Assembly: GCF_048593235.1 (NCBI RefSeq) | Contig: NC_133617.1 | Span: 422,820,958 to 422,884,957 of the forward strand | Length of the DNA: 64,000 nt | Direction of reading: 5' to 3' | Source: Sminthopsis crassicaudata | Lineage: Eukaryota | Shown: positions 59,600 to 64,000 of the stretch, piece after piece | Numbering within the stretch: the stretch's first letter is position 1 | Layout: each line of letters opens with the position of its first letter | Translations under genes and position numbers: made by a program | Notes under the pieces: model-generated | The model's database searches: none | Seen by the model: only the letters and a program-made list of their open reading frames with translations | What the model was told of the DNA's origin: nothing

Positions 59600-60330
59600 T
59601 CCCACCTTGCCCAGTAGTGGTACTTGTTAGTTTTCCTCCACAGCATATTTCACATCTGTCTTCCTCTTTTGACTGAAAGCCACGACTTGTTAAGGTTTTC
59701 CTCCATCTTTCCTGGACTTCCTTCAGTAGTCTCCTGATTGGATTCCAATAAGTTTTTAGTTTTTTCTCTTCCCAATCCTTCACATAATTATAAAATCAGT
59801 ATTAGTAAAGCATAGATGTCACCATGTCACCCCTCTTTCTTAGAAGTTCTGGTGATTCCCAGTTGTCTGATAAAATACAAACTCTTTTGTATTAAAGCAC
59901 TTTATAACCTGTCTTCCTAAACTTAGTACATATTATGTAATTGATACATACATTACATATGTAAACTTATTACATAAACATTTTCCTTCATGGCACTTAT
60001 TCTAGCCAAATTTACCTACTTGCTTTTCTAAAATCTTAACATTCCATCTCCTATTCCAGAGCCTTTGCACAGCTTCTCCACCATGCATATAGTGTACTTC
60101 ATTCTCAAGAGATATCTCTTGGCATCCCTAGTGTTGCTTCCTACAAGAGACCTTTCTGATTTCCTTCTACTTGCTGCTGTTTCTTTACCTCCATCACTCC
60201 AAATTACCATTTCTGTGTTTGGTATTTGCTTTTCTGTGTCCATATGTTCCTCAATAGAATGTATACTCCTTAAGTTCAGGAATAATTTGTTTTTTGTCTT
60301 CATATTCCCAGTCCCAGTGCTTGTTGATTC
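59600..60330 (+). mobile_element. L2 remnant
   Basis: Typical L2 3' end (AGAATGTATACTCCTTAAG…TTCATATTCCCAG). Similar plus-strand pieces at about 29400-30260, 37950-38470 and 54290-54750. Confidence 0.6.
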
Positions 60331-61149
60331 TTTACATGGGGATAAGACCCCCTTAGTATTTAGCTCATAGAATAATCTGGAATATCAGTTGTATTAATAT
60401 AACTAAAATACTTTTTCTGAAAGTGTTACATGTAATAACCCTAACAACTAACCATTGTTAGAAGTTGTCTTTTTATCTCAAAGAATATTATGTTCTGTCT
60501 TTCTAGATGGGGTAGAGAAGAGAGGGCAAAAAACTTAGTTTTCTCTCTAAGTATATTGGAAGATTTTATTTCCTTTGATAGTTATAAATCTTCTCGGTTT
60601 CCAGAATTGTAGCTTTTAGGAATTTTTGTTTCAATAATAATTCTTACTTATTAAAACTGATGTAGTAATTGAAATATCCTTAAACGTTTACTTTAAAATG
60701 AGATTCTTTTGACAGTTGTTAGTGAATCTTCTTGTTTTAGATTTCATGTTCAAACTCTCTTCTTTTTTCTTTAAGATAATTACAATTCAGTTCTACAGTA
60801 TATTATTCTAGAATGTTATTCAGAAGTCAAAACTAAATACTGAAGATTTTTGGAAGGAAGTTCAAAAAGGGCACATATCAAGTATATGAAATCTTACAAA
60901 AATAATCTTAAGATATTTCCTAGATCTGCTGTTTTCTGTCTTTTCAGAAAAAAATTATGGATAGCATTTTTTACATCACCTTCATTTCCATATATTTATA
61001 TATGTGTATATATAATATATATGTACAGTATTCCTTTATCTCCTGTAACTAAGAACTTTTTTAATTAAAAAAAAGTTCAGTGAAATAGCATAGTGAATTT
61101 GACTATTTTGTGTTCCATACTCACTGTCTCTCTCCAAGGAAGTAGGGAA

Positions 61150-62760
61150 GTATATTTTTTTTCCCTTCTCCAAGTTTAAGCTTGGTCATTATAGTTTCAC
61201 AGTGTTAAATTATTTTTTAAAATTGTTTTCATATTGTTGTCCTTGTATTGACCGTTAATTGCTTGATACTCTGCATATGAATAGTTCATATGAATTTTTT
61301 TCATGTTTATCTTAATTCTTCACATATATTGTTACACAACACAGTAATATCCCATTACATATATGTGTCATGATTTGTTCAAACATCATAATCAATGAAA
61401 TCTTCTTTATTGCTACTACAAGAATTTTGGTATATGTAATTTTTTGTTTTGTCTTTGACTTCCCATATTTGCTGATCAGTAGTATCTCTGGATCAAGCTG
61501 TATTCTTTTATCTTTCCCCTCCTCCCTGAAAATATCTTAATTGCTTTCTAGAGTGGTTGCCCCAAATCACAAGTTCATCAAACAGTACATAATATGCTTG
61601 TATTTCAACAATATACTCGGCATTAACTATTTTCATCTTTTGTCTTTTTCTTTGCCAATTTTCTAGATGTGAAGTGAAATCTGAGTTTTATTTCAATTTC
61701 TATTAGTGATTTGGAGCAAATTTTTCATGTGATTGTTAATAATTTGCAATCCTTTTGAGAAATATTCTTTTAAGCCATTTGTCCATTAATTGTTCTTGGT
61801 TTTGCATATTTGTGTTTTAAGTTCTTATGTAATCTGGATACCATACCTTGATAAGAGATAACTGAGGCAAAGTAATAAACAATTCACAGATAGACTTATG
61901 AAATATATTTGGAACGGAAATAGAAATTGGACATGAGAAGACAATAGGTTACAACTGCTACTTAGAAATAGAGAGGCTTCTAAGAATAGAGAATGTCACG
62001 AATCAGAGGATGGATGTGACATTTAATAGCACTGAGAACAGATGTACAAATGTAGCATTTTTTTCCCTAAGTAGTGTTTTTTCCCCCCTAGTTATATGAT
62101 GAGAAAATTTTTAGCATTCATTTTTACAAGATTTTTGAATTCCAAATTATTCTCCCTCCTCTCTTCTGAAGATGATATGCAGTTGAATATAATTTATACA
62201 TGTGCTATCATGTAAAATATATTTCTATTATTAGTCACAGTTATGAAAGATCAAAAAGGAAAAAAAATAGAAAGAATAAAGTGAAAAAATATACTTTATC
62301 TGCATTTCAGATCCATCAATTCTTTATCTATTTATAGATAGCATTTTCATTTGTGAGTTCTTTGTACTGCTCTTACTTAGGTCATTGTGTTGCTGAGACA
62401 AACTGAGTCAATCATAGTTGATCATCAGTGTTGCTGAGAGTGTGTACAATGTTTTCCTGGTTCTGCTCATTTCACTTTGCAACAATGCATACAAGTTCTT
62501 CCTAGGGTTTTCTGAAATCTGCCTGTTCATCATTTCTTATTGTAAAATAGTTTCCTATTACATTGTTCAGCTATTCCCCAATTGATGGGCGGGCATCCCT
62601 TAGTTTTCTGTGTTTTTCTACTACAAAAAAGGCTGCTGTAAATATTTTTGTACATATAGGTTCTTTTCCTTTTTTAATGATCTCTTTAGGAAAGTATAGC
62701 CTTTTGAAAAAAAATAATATAATGTTCCTGAGTAGCTCTAAAATATTATTTTTGGAATGT
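61150..62760 (-). mobile_element. Degraded L1 fragments in the UBN1 intron
   Basis: T-rich, with L1 3'-UTR and ORF2-end-like phrases. Confidence 0.55.
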
Positions 62761-64000
62761 GATTGAAAGTGCTTTGCCATTAGTCCTTTTCTTTTAAAAT
62801 CCATATTAATACCCCAAAACCCTACCCATTTTCACATGCAAAGTAAAACACAAGAATCATATATGTAATTTTGAATCTGTTTTTAAAATACTTGCTTTTT
62901 CAAAGGACTAGATCATAAATTCAACTCATTACTATCTTTTAAAAACCAGGTTTTTGTGATCTTATGTCATCTATAGGTTTTTCTCATTCTTTCCCCCATC
63001 CAGGAAATCATTATAAGAAAAAGAACACAATTTAGCAAAACTGTTCAATATATCAAAAAAAATCTAATATGTGCAGGCTTCTATACCTGTGTATTGTGCA
63101 GATAGGGGGGTAGTGTGGAGGAGTGATGCCATTTCTGCAAAGGATGAGAGGTAGTGTCTTCCCTCTTTGGGGCCAATCTTGTTATTTAGATATAACTTGA
63201 AATATGTTTGAAATTAATTTCACAATGTTAATTTTTGTTGGTTCGTGGTGATCCTTTCCACTTAACATTATTATAGTAATTTTGTATATTCAACTCATTA
63301 CTTTCAAAACTGTCCTAAATTACTTTTTCCTTCAAAACTTTAGAAATTCAGTACTTTTCTGTGCACTTTTAAAAAAATGTTCCATTGGCTCCCCTCTTTT
63401 TTTCTTTGGGTTGTGGGGGACCCACCCAATTTGAGGTTATCATGTTTCAAGAATATGACATTTTGTCATAGTTCTCCTACAGGATAGTTGGTTGTTGTGT
63501 TGACTAGAGTTAAGTTTTTCAAAGTTATTTTTTTTTTTCCAGCACATTGTTCTGGTTCTACTTATTTTGCTCTTTTATCACTTCTTACTTTCCAGGATTA
63601 TTTGAAATTCTCTTTTGTCATTTCTTCTGATACATTTTCAATAAGTTCAGGTATGACAATCTCTTCAACCATTTCTACTTGATGGGAACTCCTTTAGTTT
63701 CTAGTTCTTTCCTTTCTTTTTAGTCTGCTTTAGGAAGTTTTGTTGTTTGTGACAATTCCTTCCCCAGTGTTGTTTCTCCTAACTTTCCCTCATCTCTATT
63801 CCTGTTTTTCCATAGTGAGTCTGGTACAATTATTTGTGTGTTTTTTGTGTGCATGGTATTCAGCCCTTCTTTTATCTGGTTGATTCATCTGATGCCTTCT
63901 ACTCTTTCTGCCATGGTTTGTATGCTTTTCTTCTTATAATTGCAGTAATGAGAAAAGCAAGTTCTACTCCCTTTTTCTTCCTCTCTACACTAATTGATAT

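Noticed and set aside
1-64000. CRISPR arrays, rRNA, prokaryotic operons or defence systems
   Set aside because: None seen. The window is intron-rich mammalian DNA with no regularly spaced repeat-spacer structure.

Overview
Eukaryotic (marsupial, most likely dasyurid, judged from tRNA-derived WSINE1-type SINEs and RTE remnants) genomic window carrying the conserved mammalian SEPTIN12-SMIM22-ROGDI-GLYR1-UBN1 block. I rebuilt all exons by hand from GT-AG signals and from my recall of the human proteins. SEPTIN12 (minus strand, 7 coding exons, 3' end runs off the window). SMIM22 (plus, 82 aa, complete). ROGDI (minus, 11 exons, 287 aa, complete). GLYR1/NPAC (minus, 16 exons, 552 aa, complete). UBN1 (plus, first coding exon only), sharing a CpG-island bidirectional promoter with GLYR1. 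The introns are filled with L1, L2, MIR, RTE, hAT-MITE and SINE remnants, and there is one 192-N gap. I do not find a clearly new biological system. The most notable items are: (i) four -1 homopolymer deletions that frameshift SEPTIN12 within about 730 bp next to the gap (probably assembly error, possibly gene loss); (ii) a cluster of stop-containing candidate exons plus poly(A) signals right after the PWWP-encoding exons of GLYR1; (iii) a phase-compatible GLYR1-ROGDI read-through geometry, with a roughly 32-bp-phased CCAAT array squeezed between the two genes; (iv) several in-frame alternative or cryptic splice sites. No database search was run; homology calls rest on recall of the human sequences.
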